A stretch of DNA of 64,000 nucleotides, from assembly GCA_951406725.2 (NCBI GenBank), contig OX597816.1:165416001-165480000 (forward strand), in the 5' to 3' direction. Each line of letters opens with the position of its first letter. The first letter of the stretch is position 1. The notes under the pieces were generated by a model, which saw only the letters and a list, made by a program, of their open reading frames with translations, ran no database searches and was not told the origin of the DNA. Both the position numbers and the translations under genes were made by a program. Below, one piece after another: positions 36,187-48,798 of this stretch. This DNA comes from Octopus vulgaris (Eukaryota).

Positions 36187-37014
36187 TATAATTAAGTGAT
36201 TGTAGTCTATTTCACTGACTGACTTCGACTCATGCTGCCCCTTAATTGCTTCTGACTCTGACTCCACACTCCTGATATATACACACATACACACAACATC
36301 TAACCATAGACAAATCCACCCTAACAAATTCCATTTAGCCCATGCAAACGTAGTAAAGCGGAGGTTAAAATAATAATGATTGCAATAGGCCAGCTGATTA
36401 GTTAACCGCATTGAACTATGTAATTCCATTCAAGCAATTAATTTACTTGACCATTTAACATTCCAATTACTTTGCTAAATGTAATGTTTATTTATTCATG
36501 TTGTTTTGGATTAAGCATGCATTATCCTGGAGTTTCAAGACACCGATGATATGATTGCTTATTTTTAGAGTGATGCTGTTGGGCAGGCGAGATAGACTGA
36601 ATCTGGCCTATTTGAATATAAAACAAGCAGAACATTTGGGCTGAATATGGCTGGGGTTAAAACATTACTGTAAGATAAAGGGAAAAACTGACAAAATTCA
36701 GCAGGTTTTAAAAGAGAGTATAAAGTGAACAATGAATATTTAATAGTGAAATTAACCAAAACGCATGCAATATATATGATGACATCTGCAAATAAATACA
36801 TTTAAAAGGGCAGCAAAATGGAAAAAATTAGCAGGAATTAGTCACAATAATCACTTGCTACAACTAATATTGAGAATGTAAGAAAGATTATTTGTTGAGG
36901 ATGCAGTTAAAAACTAGGAAAACACCAGGAGTTGTTAAGAGACTATACATGCTGTCTCTGAAAAAATTAACAAGGACAAATTGAACGAAAAGCATAATCA
37001 ATCATTAGTCCCTT

Positions 37015-37228
37015 AACCCTCTTGATACCGACCCACCTGTAAAAACTGCCCCTGGTCCTATGACATAAAAAGATTCTTGCTTTAAAGGGTTCTAAATTAA
37101 AGCATTTTATGCTTTATTCCAAATACTAGCTTGAATAATGACTAAGTACTTCTACTAAAGTCATGATTATTCTTTAAATTGTTCCAAAGGCAGTATATTT
37201 CAGCAGAAATATGGCAACAAAAGGGTTA
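37015..37228 (+). mobile_element. TTAA-flanked MITE type C (piggyBac-like), decayed
   Basis: TTAACCCTCTTGATACC...CAACAAAAGGGTTA termini. Confidence 0.6.
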
Positions 37229-38303
37229 TGGAGAATTTCAGATGAAAGTATAAAACTATATTTGTTATTCATTGATTAATGACTAATGATTGTCCAGTAG
37301 TTTGAAAGGGGACAAAAAGGCAGATTAAAAAAAGAAAATAAAAAAAGGAAAAACACGATGGGTGAATAAACCTACTTGTGAGGGTTTGTTCATTTGTTTC
37401 CATAGCGGAATAAAAGGGGAGAATTCTGGTGTCCGGGCCTAGAGTAACTATTGATTTAAGACAGGACTTCAGCCAAAGTTTAGAGGGAAATATTATATTT
37501 TTCTCTTTTAGAGATCACCTATGCAAAGAAATTTGGGAGAGAAACAAGATATTTATTTATTACACATGAGAATTAACAACAGAGATGTTGTTCTTGTAAA
37601 ATAAAACAAACTAGGAATACGGTTACAACAAATGGAGAAACCTGAGAATATTGGAATGAAGAAGTCAATACATAAATGTAAGAATGGCAAACATGACACA
37701 CTTTCTAAAATGAAATTGTTGTAGAATTCGTATTATTGGGAAGGTGAAAATTAATCCGGAAAAAAAAAAAAAGTGTTGCTAGATGTAAGTCACATGACTA
37801 GCTATATAAAATAGTTAAAAGCTTATTTAGGAAAATAAATCTTATTCTATCTGAATTTTGACAGTTTTCCCTTTATCTCATAAAACCAAAAATAATATGG
37901 ATTGGTTTAGGTAAAGAAGAAACAAAAGGGGTGACATATCAGTTAATATTTGAGGATATACTGGATGGAATAGCTATCAGATATTACAGTGACCTGTTAA
38001 AATACTGGGTTGAAAGTTAAGAAAAACAATACAGGGAAATTTACACAGTAGATCAAACAGTTAATATGTTGGGTTGGACAATTAACATACTGTAGTGAAC
38101 ACACTGGGGAAAGCAGTTAACAGGCATTAGATTGAACAGTCAAAGCATTTAATCAAACAGCAGTCTCATCAGAATGACATTGGAACAAAAATATAGAATG
38201 AAAATGTTTAGAAGTTTATAATTGATGAAAATATGGCAAACCTGATAGAGTTCTGTTTTAGCTGAGACTGGGAAAATAAATTTGTAAAATACTGTAGATT
38301 TAA

Positions 38304-38884
38304 CCCTTTAGCAGTTAACCCTTTCATTCCAATCCGGCTAAAACTAGCTCTGGCTCTTTAGTATAAATGTCTTGTTTTCATAACTTTTGAATTGAAATCT
38401 TCCACCAAATTTATGTTCCTAACACTAGCTTAATGATAACTAAGTTATTTTGCTAAATTCTTTGTTATATTTAAACTAATTGAAAGAAACACAGAGCATC
38501 TTAAAATACATACAGTAATGAAAGGGTTAAACCAGCCATATCCAGCCCAAATATCCTACGTGTCTTATATTCAAACTAGCCAGGGCCAGCCTGTCACACC
38601 TATCTTACAATGTTATTTTACAATTAAGCAATAACTTCATAAAATCTCAAAGTTGTGAGATAATGCATTTCTTTTTTTTTTTTCTCTTTTTAAAGTCCGT
38701 TTCTCATGCTGGCATTGGTTGGAAGATTTGACCAGAGCTGGTGAGCAAGGGAGCTGCACCAGGTTCCAGTCTGATTTGACATGGTTTCTACAACTGGATG
38801 CCTTTCCTAATGCCAAATGATTAATCAAAAATACTGTGATTAAATAAGAATTACACTTGATACAGTAATCTGAATGCTAAAAGG
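38304..38884 (+). mobile_element. MITE type A (TTAA|CCCTTTAGCA...TGCTAAAAGG|TTAA) containing nested MITE type B (38319-38526) and an RTE-tail fragment
   Basis: TTAA at 38300-38303, 38315-38318, 38527-38530 and 38885-38888; CCC...GGG termini. Other type A copies at ~34755-34938, 36470-36660, 41035-41215, 53770-53982 and 63500-63705. Confidence 0.8.
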
Positions 38885-39053
38885 TTAAATATATGAAGAG
38901 TTTAAGCCTTTACCATTTCAACCGGCCATAGCTGGCCAAAATACTCTACTTGCATTATATTCAAAATGGCCAGATGTGGCCTCTCACACCAATCCTACAA
39001 TAGTATTCTAAAAATTAACAGTTATCTCATCAAAATCTCAAAGCTACAAGATA

Positions 39054-39442
39054 CTCTTTTACTTGTTTCAGTCATATGACTGTGGCCATACTGGAGCACC
39101 GCCTTTAGTCGAGCAAATCGACCCCAGGACTTATTCTTTGTAAGCCTAGTACTTATTCTATAAGTCTCTTTTGCTGTACTGCTAAGTTACGGAGACGTAA
39201 ACACACCAGCATCGGTTGTTAAACAATATTGCGAGGACAAACACAGACACACAAAAATATACACATACATATATATATATGATGGGCTTCTTTCAGTTTC
39301 CGTCTACCAAATCCACTCACAAGGCTTTGGTTGGCCTGGGGCTATAGTAGAAGACACCTGTCCAAGGTGCCATGCAGTGGGACTGAACCCGGAACCATGT
39401 GGTTCATAAGCAAGCTACTTATCACACAGCCACTCCTATGCC
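39054..39442 (-). mobile_element. SINE family 1 inserted in a type A MITE (~38905-39515)
   Basis: TSD AAGATA at 39048-39053 and 39443-39448. Confidence 0.9.
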
Positions 39443-40214
39443 AAGATAATGCATGATTAATTCAAAACAATATGACTAAATAAGCATTACTTTTGATGGA
39501 GTAATGTGAATGCTGTGTCAGAGATAATGTCTATTCTACTCCTGATACTAAGTAACCTCATGCCAAAGTTATATTCCATAATTATTCAAATCCCAGAAGC
39601 GCAACCTGCTTCCTCATCCTCTCTTCAACAATGCACAAAGTTGCTACAAAAACCAAGTCTCACAATCTCTCATGAACTTTCCAGGCAATCTTACATACAT
39701 ATCAAAATAAAATCTGGACTTCATCTTAAAAGATAAACCTCTCTTCTTTAGATCTTGTTCCACCAGGCAAAATGGTAATTGAAGTGTGCTTTGTATACTA
39801 GAAAATATGGTACTTTGTAAGTTACCTGTCATATGATGGTTAAAACTAGTGTGTGTGTGCACACGCGCGTATGGTGCAAAAGTTAAAAAAAAAAAAAAAA
39901 GAGACAAGGTAAGAATAAACAAAACAGTTTATGCTCAGGGAAACTGGAAGGTAAAAATCTTTTGTTTTGAGCATATGCTCTTTGACAATAAGAAAAGATG
40001 ATGAAAGAAAATGAAAAGAGAAGAGAAAAGAAAGTATTTCAATTAGATTGTTACCATACATTGTTATATATATATATATATATGAATAAACTATCATCTA
40101 AATTACGCAAAAGTGAAAATAACACAGACATGTCATTTTAACAGATATATTTACCAAAACTACATAAAAATATCTTGAAATTTAGATATATAAAAATATA
40201 AAAATATCTTGAAA

Positions 40215-40957
40215 TTTATTCAATTAAATCGCCATTGGCTTCAACCATGGCCTCCAGACGACTTCAGAATCTCCTGCAACTCTTCTGGACGGTCTCCTGG
40301 TTTAAGTTGGTGGAAGCTGCCATAATCCTTGCCTTCAGTTCATCTTTGGTGTTACAAGGAGTTTTGCTGGTCTCTCGCTCAACTGTGCCCCACACATAAT
40401 AATCAAGGGGGTTACAGTCTGGGGAGTTAGGTGGCCAGATGTTAGAGGTGATGTGGTCGCAGAAATTGTCTGACAGCCATGACTGGGTTCTCCTGCTTGA
40501 GTGTGGCATGGTGCAGAGTCCTGTTGCCAAACATAAGGTCTTCCAGCAGCCACCCTCAGGGCAGTACTACCTCCTCCAGGGTCTCGATGTAAGCCTCTGT
40601 GTTGAGTCTGAAGTCATATGGAAAGATGAATGGAGGCATAACGTACGATCACTAGTTATCACTCCAAACATCATGATGTTGACTGGGTGTTTGAATTTTA
40701 GCACTCTTACAACATGTTCTCAAATTGCATTGTCTTCAGATTGACACCCAAACACTTTGAAATGTTCAAATGCCAAGCAGTACAGCATGTCGTTCCCAAA
40801 TTTCTGGCAGAGTGAACTGTGTCACGGTGCTGCTTTTCTCATAGACAGTGCCCAACTGATCCTACTATTCTGTGTAGTCGACAAAATCAAAAACAGACAA
40901 TGCGCATGCACAAAATTAAAAATATAAAATGGCAACAATTTACCCATCGTGCCCTGT
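40215..40957 (-). mobile_element. Internally deleted Tc1/mariner-superfamily transposon, DD37D (maT) type, transposase pseudogene
   Basis: Fragment YVWQQDSAPCHT...WPPNSPDCNPLDYYVWG...KDELKARIM. After correcting one frameshift there are 37 residues between the 2nd and 3rd catalytic Asp. CAGGG-type terminus near 40957. Confidence 0.85.
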
Positions 40958-40962
40958 GTATA

Positions 40963-41027
<65 letters not shown>

Positions 41028-41329
41028 GAACATTTCTTTACCATTCAGATTATTCTGTCAAATGTAATTCTAATTTATTCACATTGTTTTGAATAATTCA
41101 TGCATTATTGTTTTAGAATGACATTGTAGAATAGATACGAGGGATCAGATCTGGCCAGTTTAAACATAAACCAGGCAGAATATTTGGGCCAAATATGGCC
41201 AGTTCAAATGCTAAAATGAAGTTATCATTTCATAAAGCAAATGGCAGTGTTATTTGAACAAAACAAGATTCTAAATACTTAGTGTTAATGTTTTAAATGC
41301 ATGGAACACAAGAATAATAGACACCTTTG

Positions 41330-42180
41330 TTTCCATGCCTGCACAAGAATCAAAGTTTATTGAGGCCAATTTTCTACAGCTGGATGCCCTTCCTGCTGCC
41401 AACCCTTACCTGTTTCCAAACAAGGTAATATTTCATCATGGTCACACACATTTTTTAATAAGATTAGAAACAAAGGACACCGCTTGTATGATGGTGATGT
41501 TCGTTTACAACTATCACACACTGTCAAGACAAGGAGACACACAAACACAGACATACACACGCCTCTTTCTGTTTCCCGTACCAAATCCATTTATAAGGTT
41601 TTGATCAACTGAAAGCTTTAGCATAAGATACTTGACCAAAATCTCATGCAGTAGGACTGACCCAAAAATCTTGGCTCACAAGTGAGATTCTTGACCACAT
41701 CTGCACCTAGAAATATATCTGGTGAAGACCGAAATGAAGTTTACTCGCCACTCCAGGTGTTAGATATACTCACACTAACAAACTGCTTTTTCATCTTTTA
41801 TCTTCTATGTGTTTCAATCATTAGATTGCAGCCAAGCTGGAGCACTGCCTTGAACTTTTAGTTGAATGAAACAACCCAAATACTTTTTTTTTTTTAATCC
41901 TGGCATTGATTCTATCAGACTCTTTTGCCAAACTGCTAAGTCATATGGATGTAAACATACTAGCCCTGGTTGTCCAGTGGTGGTGAGGGACAAAGACACA
42001 CACATATACACACGTGTTATGGGCTTCTTTCAATTTCCATTTACTAAATCCACTCACAAGGCTTTGGATGACTTGAGACTGTAGTAGAACCCTTTTGCCC
42101 AAGGTGACATGCAGCGGAACTGAACCTGGAACCATGTGGTTTGGAAACAAGCTCCTTATCACACAGCCATACCTTCACCT
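41330..42180 (-). mobile_element. Composite SINE (~41330-41710) and SINE family 1 (~41790-42180)
   Basis: Motif matches to other copies in the window. Confidence 0.75.
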
Positions 42181-42457
42181 ATGTGTCACACCTGTGAATG
42201 CTATTTCCAAACAAAACATTGCATAACATTTTCATATATTTTCCCCAAATAAAGTAGTGTTAATGTAATATCTGAGGCTGTTGTTTTTGTTGTTATTAAC
42301 GTAGTCTCTGATTAATCTGGTGCTGAGAATTATATTATATTTAAACTAATGTCATCATTGAAATATCTACATATAAATGAGAGCAGTTCTTTAGCTTTCA
42401 TAATGCTTTCATTAATATTCTAAGATAAAAATATTTTAAAAAACCTGCTACATTGTA

Positions 42458-42860
42458 GGTGTGTGTGTGTGTGCGTATGCCTATGCATATGTGTGAATAT
42501 GTAATTAGGTTTGTACGTATGGATAAGTATGCATGTATGTAAATATGTGAATATGTATGTATATATATGTGTGTGTGTGTGTGGATATATGTATGTATGT
42601 GTGTGCCTATGTAAGTATGTATGTGTGTGCCTATGTAAGTATGCATATGTATGTGTGAATATGTAAGTCGTTATGTATGTGTAGATATGTATGTAAATAT
42701 GTGAATATGTATGTATATGTGTGGGTGGATGTATGTATGTATGCATGTATGTATGTGTGTGTATGTCTATGTAAATATGTATGCACGTGTGTGTGTGAAT
42801 ATGTAAGTCGGTATGTATGTGTAGGTAAGTACGCATGTGTGTACATGTGAGTGTATGTCT
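42458..42860. repeat. Compound (TATG)n/(TG)n microsatellite with recurring GTGAATATGTA units
   Basis: Direct reading. Confidence 0.9.
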
Positions 42861-43264
42861 CAAAGAAATATCAATTTTAAAATCAACCTCACGATCTAAA
42901 GAGAGCATACTATTAGTTTCATATGAATAAGTTAGCTATTGAAAATATATTAGAAACTGAAGTTAGTTTAACCTTTGGCTGTCATTAAAAATAAACTTGC
43001 TATAACCAGATTTTTGCAATAATTTTAATGCAAAATCATTAAAAATTGTTATTAAAAAATTATTTATCTACACATTATTTATCTACCTATATAAAAAAGT
43101 TTTTTCTTTTCCTCTATCTTCTGATTGTAACCTTAATTACTTTCATCTATTTATTAGCCATTAACAAAGACCTAATGGCCATCCAGGTCTAGATACAACA
43201 ACAGTTCATAATGACCTAAGCAATGTATTTATTTATTAATTTATGGATCTATTTATTTAATCAA

Positions 43265-43690
43265 TAGGTGCAGGTATGGCTACAGGTGAAGGTGTGGTTA
43301 AGACACTTGCTTTCCAACCTGATGCCTCAGGTTCAGTCACAGTATAGCAGTTTCGACAAAGTGTGTTCTATATTCCAGGACTGACCAAAGGCTTGCAGGC
43401 GAATATGTTAGAGACACCGAGAGAAGCTAATTCTGTGTGTGTATATGTATATGGATGTATGGTGTTTCTGCGTACCCTTGCCTTCACATCAATTGATGAT
43501 CCTTAATGAGCATCACAATCATACTAACGGTGCTGTTCATTTCCTGTCTTCTACAGCAAAATTGCTTGGAAACAGATGAGGGTTGACACCTGGAAGAGCA
43601 TCCAGCAGCATCCATGAGCTAAAAATCTGACTCAACAAATACCATTTGAATAATGCAAGCATAGGAAAGTGACCATTAAATGATGATATC
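43265..43690 (+). mobile_element. Composite SINE (family 1 head + RTE-type tail), decayed
   Basis: Same layout as 19750-20292. Confidence 0.65.
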
Positions 43691-44192
43691 TGGAACATAA
43701 ATTAACATGAAATTTCTATGTGAAGTTTTAATTTAGACCATGTTAAAACAGGATGTTTGTAGCTGAGATCCAGGGGCAACCCCAGGCTGGTTTGGCATCA
43801 AAAGAGCTACAGTTTTGATAGTTTATCTTCCGATTCTTCTTAACAGTTTATCTGACCCTTAACTAACTATGGCTTGACTGAATGAATGCCTTGACTTGTG
43901 AAAGATTAGGGGCACAATCTCTGTCTATTATTTCTCAAAGGAACAGAAAATCACCCACCACCACCACCACCACCACACACACACTATTCTGTGTGAACTA
44001 CTTTTAACTTCAACTGTATTTCTTTAAATGGTGACATGACTTGCTAGAAATAGCACATATCCTACCATGCTTAAAAAGAAGGACACTAACATACCTGCAA
44101 AAGTGAGTTAAAAAAAGCAAAAAAAAAAAAAAAGCAATCACAATTAGAAAGCCTTTGATTATATTTCTACTCTAACCTGACTGATTATATTG

Positions 44193-44590
44193 TGCAGATG
44201 TGGCTTTGTAGTAAGAAGCTTGCTTACTAACCACATGGTTCCAGGTTCAAACCCACTGCATGGCACCTTGGGCAAATATGTTCTTCTACAGCCTTGAGTT
44301 TACCAATCCTTGTGAGTGGATTTGGTAGATGGAAACTGAAAGAAGCTTATGTGTGTGTGAGTGTGTTTGCTTCTGTGTATAAGCCCAACAACCATCTGAC
44401 AACCAGTGTAAGTGTTTACACTCTAAAACCGACCCACCTTGGTGTCACTTAGCAGTTCAGAAAAAGACACCAACAGTGTCTTTGAAAAGGAACAAAAAAA
44501 AAAAATCTACTGGGGTCTATTCATTTGATTGTAAATTCTTCAAGGCCGTGCCCCAGCATGGCCACAGTCAAATGACTGAAACGAAAGACA
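44193..44590 (+). mobile_element. SINE family 1
   Basis: Head through tail. Confidence 0.85.
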
Positions 44591-45204
44591 GAAGGTGAAG
44601 AAAAAGAAATGGGCTAAACAACAAGTGATAAAACAATCTCATATATCCTCCACCTGTGTTCTGGGCACAGTTGCTTCTTCCCTTAACGAAAATAATTATT
44701 GATTCTAAAGTAAGTTCAAATTTATGTCAGCCACAGAATATTGATTGAGGTTCTGAGATGGTGCAAAACACTTTATCAGAAATATCTGCATCATAGAATT
44801 TCAAAGGTGTAAAAAAAAAAAAAAGCCTGCTTGCATGACTAAGGCTCCATCTCAACAAAACTGCACCAGCTGCAATTCTTTATTTTCTGATTTTCTTTTC
44901 AATCATACAGAAGTGACTGCTTCTTTCTCTCAAAGACACCAATCTCATCAACTATCAACATAATTTATCCTCAAAAAAGGTTTGGTACTACGTTTAAAGA
45001 AAAGAGAAAAAAAATTACAATGGAAAGTGGTGGTGGAATGGCTTCCATTGTAGTCATCTTTTGTTTCGCCCATTAGACTGTGGCCATGCTGGGGCACCGC
45101 ATTGAAGAACTTTAGTCAAACAAATTGACCCGGCATTTTTTTTTTTCTTGTTTTAAACCTGGTACTTATTTTATCAGTCTCTTCCAGTGTTTTACTCGTA
45201 CTCT

Positions 45205-45329
45205 GAAAGGATGAAAAGCAAAGTCGACCTCGGCAGAATTGAACTCAGAACGTAAAAACAGACAAAATACCACTAAGCATTTTGTCCAGTATGCTGGCGA
45301 TTCTGCCAGCTCACTGCCTTAATAATATC

Positions 45330-45375
<46 letters not shown>

Positions 45376-45595
45376 GATTCAAATTTTGCCACAAGGGCAG
45401 CAATTTTGTGTGTGGGGGAGGGGACAGATTGATTACATTGACCTCAGTGTTCAAGCGGTATGTATTTTATCGACCCCAAAAGGATGAAAGGCAAAGTCGA
45501 CCTCAGCGGAATTTGAACTCAGACCGTAGTAGTGGATGAAAAACAGTTAAGCATTTTGTCCAGCACGCTAACGTTTCTGCCAGCTCACCGCCTTT
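45205..45595 (-). mobile_element. Two SINE family 2 copies separated by (AAT)n (~45330-45374)
   Basis: Motif matches. Confidence 0.8.
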
Positions 45596-46483
45596 ACAAA
45601 ACAAGACCCAACCAGAGTCAAGGCAAATAATGATAATTCCCAGAATTATTTGACTACATTTTAAAACTGGAATAAAGTTAGTGTGTTACAAATAGAAAAC
45701 AAAGGAAAAAATACAATTGAGAGAGAGAGAGAGAAAGAGAGATGATGAAATTCATCTTAATTTGTTCGCTGACCTTTTCCAAAAATGTTTCAATCTAGGT
45801 ACTTTTGTGTTTTTTTTTTAGGAACAACTGTTTCAATTACGTTCATTTGTAACATAAAAATCAATGCTGAATGATCAGTTGATTCCAAATTTCTTCATTT
45901 ACTGATTCAACCATTTACTTCATTTAATGCTAAACCTGTAATCTATGCTCAGTGATGGTTGACTAATATGGGACGAAGGGAACACTGCTGATTGCCAGGT
46001 AGTCACCATTCCTTAGCATTTATGTTCCATGCTGGCATGGGTTGGATACTTTGACAGGATCCAACAAGTCCAATGACTGTATTGTGCTCTACCATCTACT
46101 TCGACATGGTTTCTCTGGCTGGATGTCCTTCCTGATACCAACCACTCTCCTTGTTTATCCTTCCTATAAGAAGAAGAGCACATGCTTAAAAAATAAAACA
46201 CATTGCCTTCATTTTTCCCATTTCTTGAGCACAATAATCTAAAACCTTCTGTGCTTGCTTGTTTCTTTTTACTTAGCACCAAATAAAAAACACTGGCGAT
46301 AGTGCCGCATAGAAAGTATCCAGAACACAGTAAAGTGGTTGGTGTTAGGAAGAGCATCCAGCTGTAGAAATCATGCCAAAACAGACTATGGAATTTGGTG
46401 TGGCCCTCAACCATCCAAATTATGCCAGCATGGAAAACAGATGTTAAATAATGATGTGTATACATGTGCACATATAAACACAC

Positions 46484-46544
<61 letters not shown>

Positions 46545-47451
46545 GTGCTTCTGTACAGTTTCCATCAACCAAATTCTAATCACAAGGCACTAGTCAATTC
46601 AATATGATGCTGGAGCTGAAGACATTTGTCCTAAGTGCAGCACAGTGGTATTTGAACCCTGAACCTAGTGACGGTGACCAGAACAGTTTACATCACCAAC
46701 AAGTCATTTGATCAGAGATTAGTAGCAACAACAACAGCAACAAGGGTCAACAGAGGAACCCCCTCGAGTACAAAACAAGTAAATATAAGTATCTCAGATA
46801 ACACAGGTTAACATTTACCAAGGTATGATATTACAAGCAGTTAGAGCTAAACAGAAATCAAATCACATCAGTGCTGCTATCATATCTGTAAATAAATTAT
46901 CGAAAAATAACAGGATGTCATCATAGCAGAAAAACTGGTTACACAAACATTCTCACATCTGACCTTTCAGTCAGCTGTTGTAAAACAGGCAAAAAAAAAA
47001 TTTTAGCGAAGGTCGTTGTACATGGTAGAGTTTGCAAGAACAATGAGCAAAGGACGTTGCAGTGTTTAGTTGTTCTTTTATTTGTTTCAGTCAATTGACT
47101 GTGGCCATGCTAGAGTACCACCTTTTAGTCAAGCAAGTCAACCCCAGGACTTAGTCTTTGTAAGTTTGGTAATTATTCTATTAGTCTCTTGTGCTGAATC
47201 GCTAAGTTGTTTCCATCTACCAAATCCACTCACAAGGTTACAGTTAGTCCAAAGCTATAGTAGAAGACACTTACCCAAGGCGTCATGAAGTGGGACTGAA
47301 CCCAGAACCATGTGGTTGATAAGCAAGCTTCTTACCACACAGCCACACCTGCACCTATATGCAATGATATTGAGATTTCAAGCTCAAATCCTTCTGAAGT
47401 CTACTGTATCCCATCATCCTTCAACAGGTCAGTAAGACAAGTTACAGTCAA

Positions 47452-47770
47452 CAACCGGCACTCCATCAGTTACAATGACAAGTGTTGCAGTTAATCTGTT
47501 TAATGGAACAGCCAGCTCATGAAATTAACATGCAAGTGGCTGAATACTCCATAGACACACTTATCCTTAACGTAGTTCTCAGGGAGATTCAGCAGGACAC
47601 AGAATGTGACATGGTTCGCCTTTTAAAATACAACTCATTTTTGCCTGCTGTGTAGACTGGAGCAATGTGAAATGGAGCGTCTTGCTTAAGGACATGATGC
47701 ACCGCAGGGAATTGAACTCCCAACCTTGCAATCATGAATCAAATTCCCTAACCACTAAGACATGTGCCTC
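47452..47770 (-). mobile_element. SINE family 3
   Basis: Homologous to 25425-25736. Confidence 0.8.
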
Positions 47771-48344
47771 AACCAAGTTACCATCAAACAGGAAGATGAA
47801 CCTCATCAATATCATCCCCATAATTTTGCAGCCAAAGTTAGGCTGTTTTGTTTAATACCTTTTATTCTATAATATTTTGAGAGCTAGATGCTCATTCTGT
47901 AGCCAACCATCAGCTATGTTTCAAGTAAGGGATTTTCTTTTTCACTCCAGAGGAATTAGAAAGTGGACCCTTTGTTGATACATAGTATCAACACCCATCC
48001 CCATCACCTGTTACCATAACAGCACACACACACAAACACACATTAATCCATGCATATATATCTATGTACATATGTGTGTGGACACATCTATGTGCATGTG
48101 AGTGTATGTATATTTGTGTCTTCTTGACTTGACATCATGTGATAGTTGTAAATGAGCATCACTGTCATACAAGCTGGGTTATTCATTTCCAATATCCTGC
48201 TTAAGTATGCCATGCCATGATGAATTATCTTACATGGAAACCAAATTGAGTTGGTGACAGGAAAAGCAAACAGTTAGAGAAAATCTGCCTCAGCAAATGG
48301 CCCAACTCGCACAGGCATAGACAACAGGCATTAAAGCAGTAATG

Positions 48345-48798
48345 GTGATGAGCATGCATAAAACCACCATCTGAACATGGTCGATGCCAGTGCCGCCTGA
48401 CTGGCTCCTGTGCCAATGACACGTAAGAAGCACCATCCAAACTTGATTGTTGCCAGGCTCGCCTGACTTGGCTCCCATACCAGTGGCACATAAAAAGCAT
48501 GAACCAAATGTGGATGAAGCCAGTAACCCAAGACTGGCTCCTGTGCTGGGGGCACATAAAAAGTACCATATGAACGTGATCATTGCCAGACCCACCTTAC
48601 TAGCTCCTGTGCCAGTGACACATAAAAAGCACATACTACACTCTTGGAGTGGTTGGTGTCAGGAAGGGCATCCAGCTGTAGAAACATTGCCAGGCCAGAT
48701 TGGAACCTGGTGCAGCTGCTGGCTTTCCAGACCTCAGTCAAACTGGCCAACCCATGCTAGCATGGAAAACAGATGTTAAGCAATGATGATGTTGATGA
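48345..48798 (+). mobile_element. RTE-tailed element with 4-5 diverged internal units
   Basis: Repeated GCCAG..CTGGC / GTGCC..GGCAC TAAAAAGCACC units, then AGGAAGGGCATCCAGCTGTAGAAAC and a (GAT)n tail. Confidence 0.8.
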
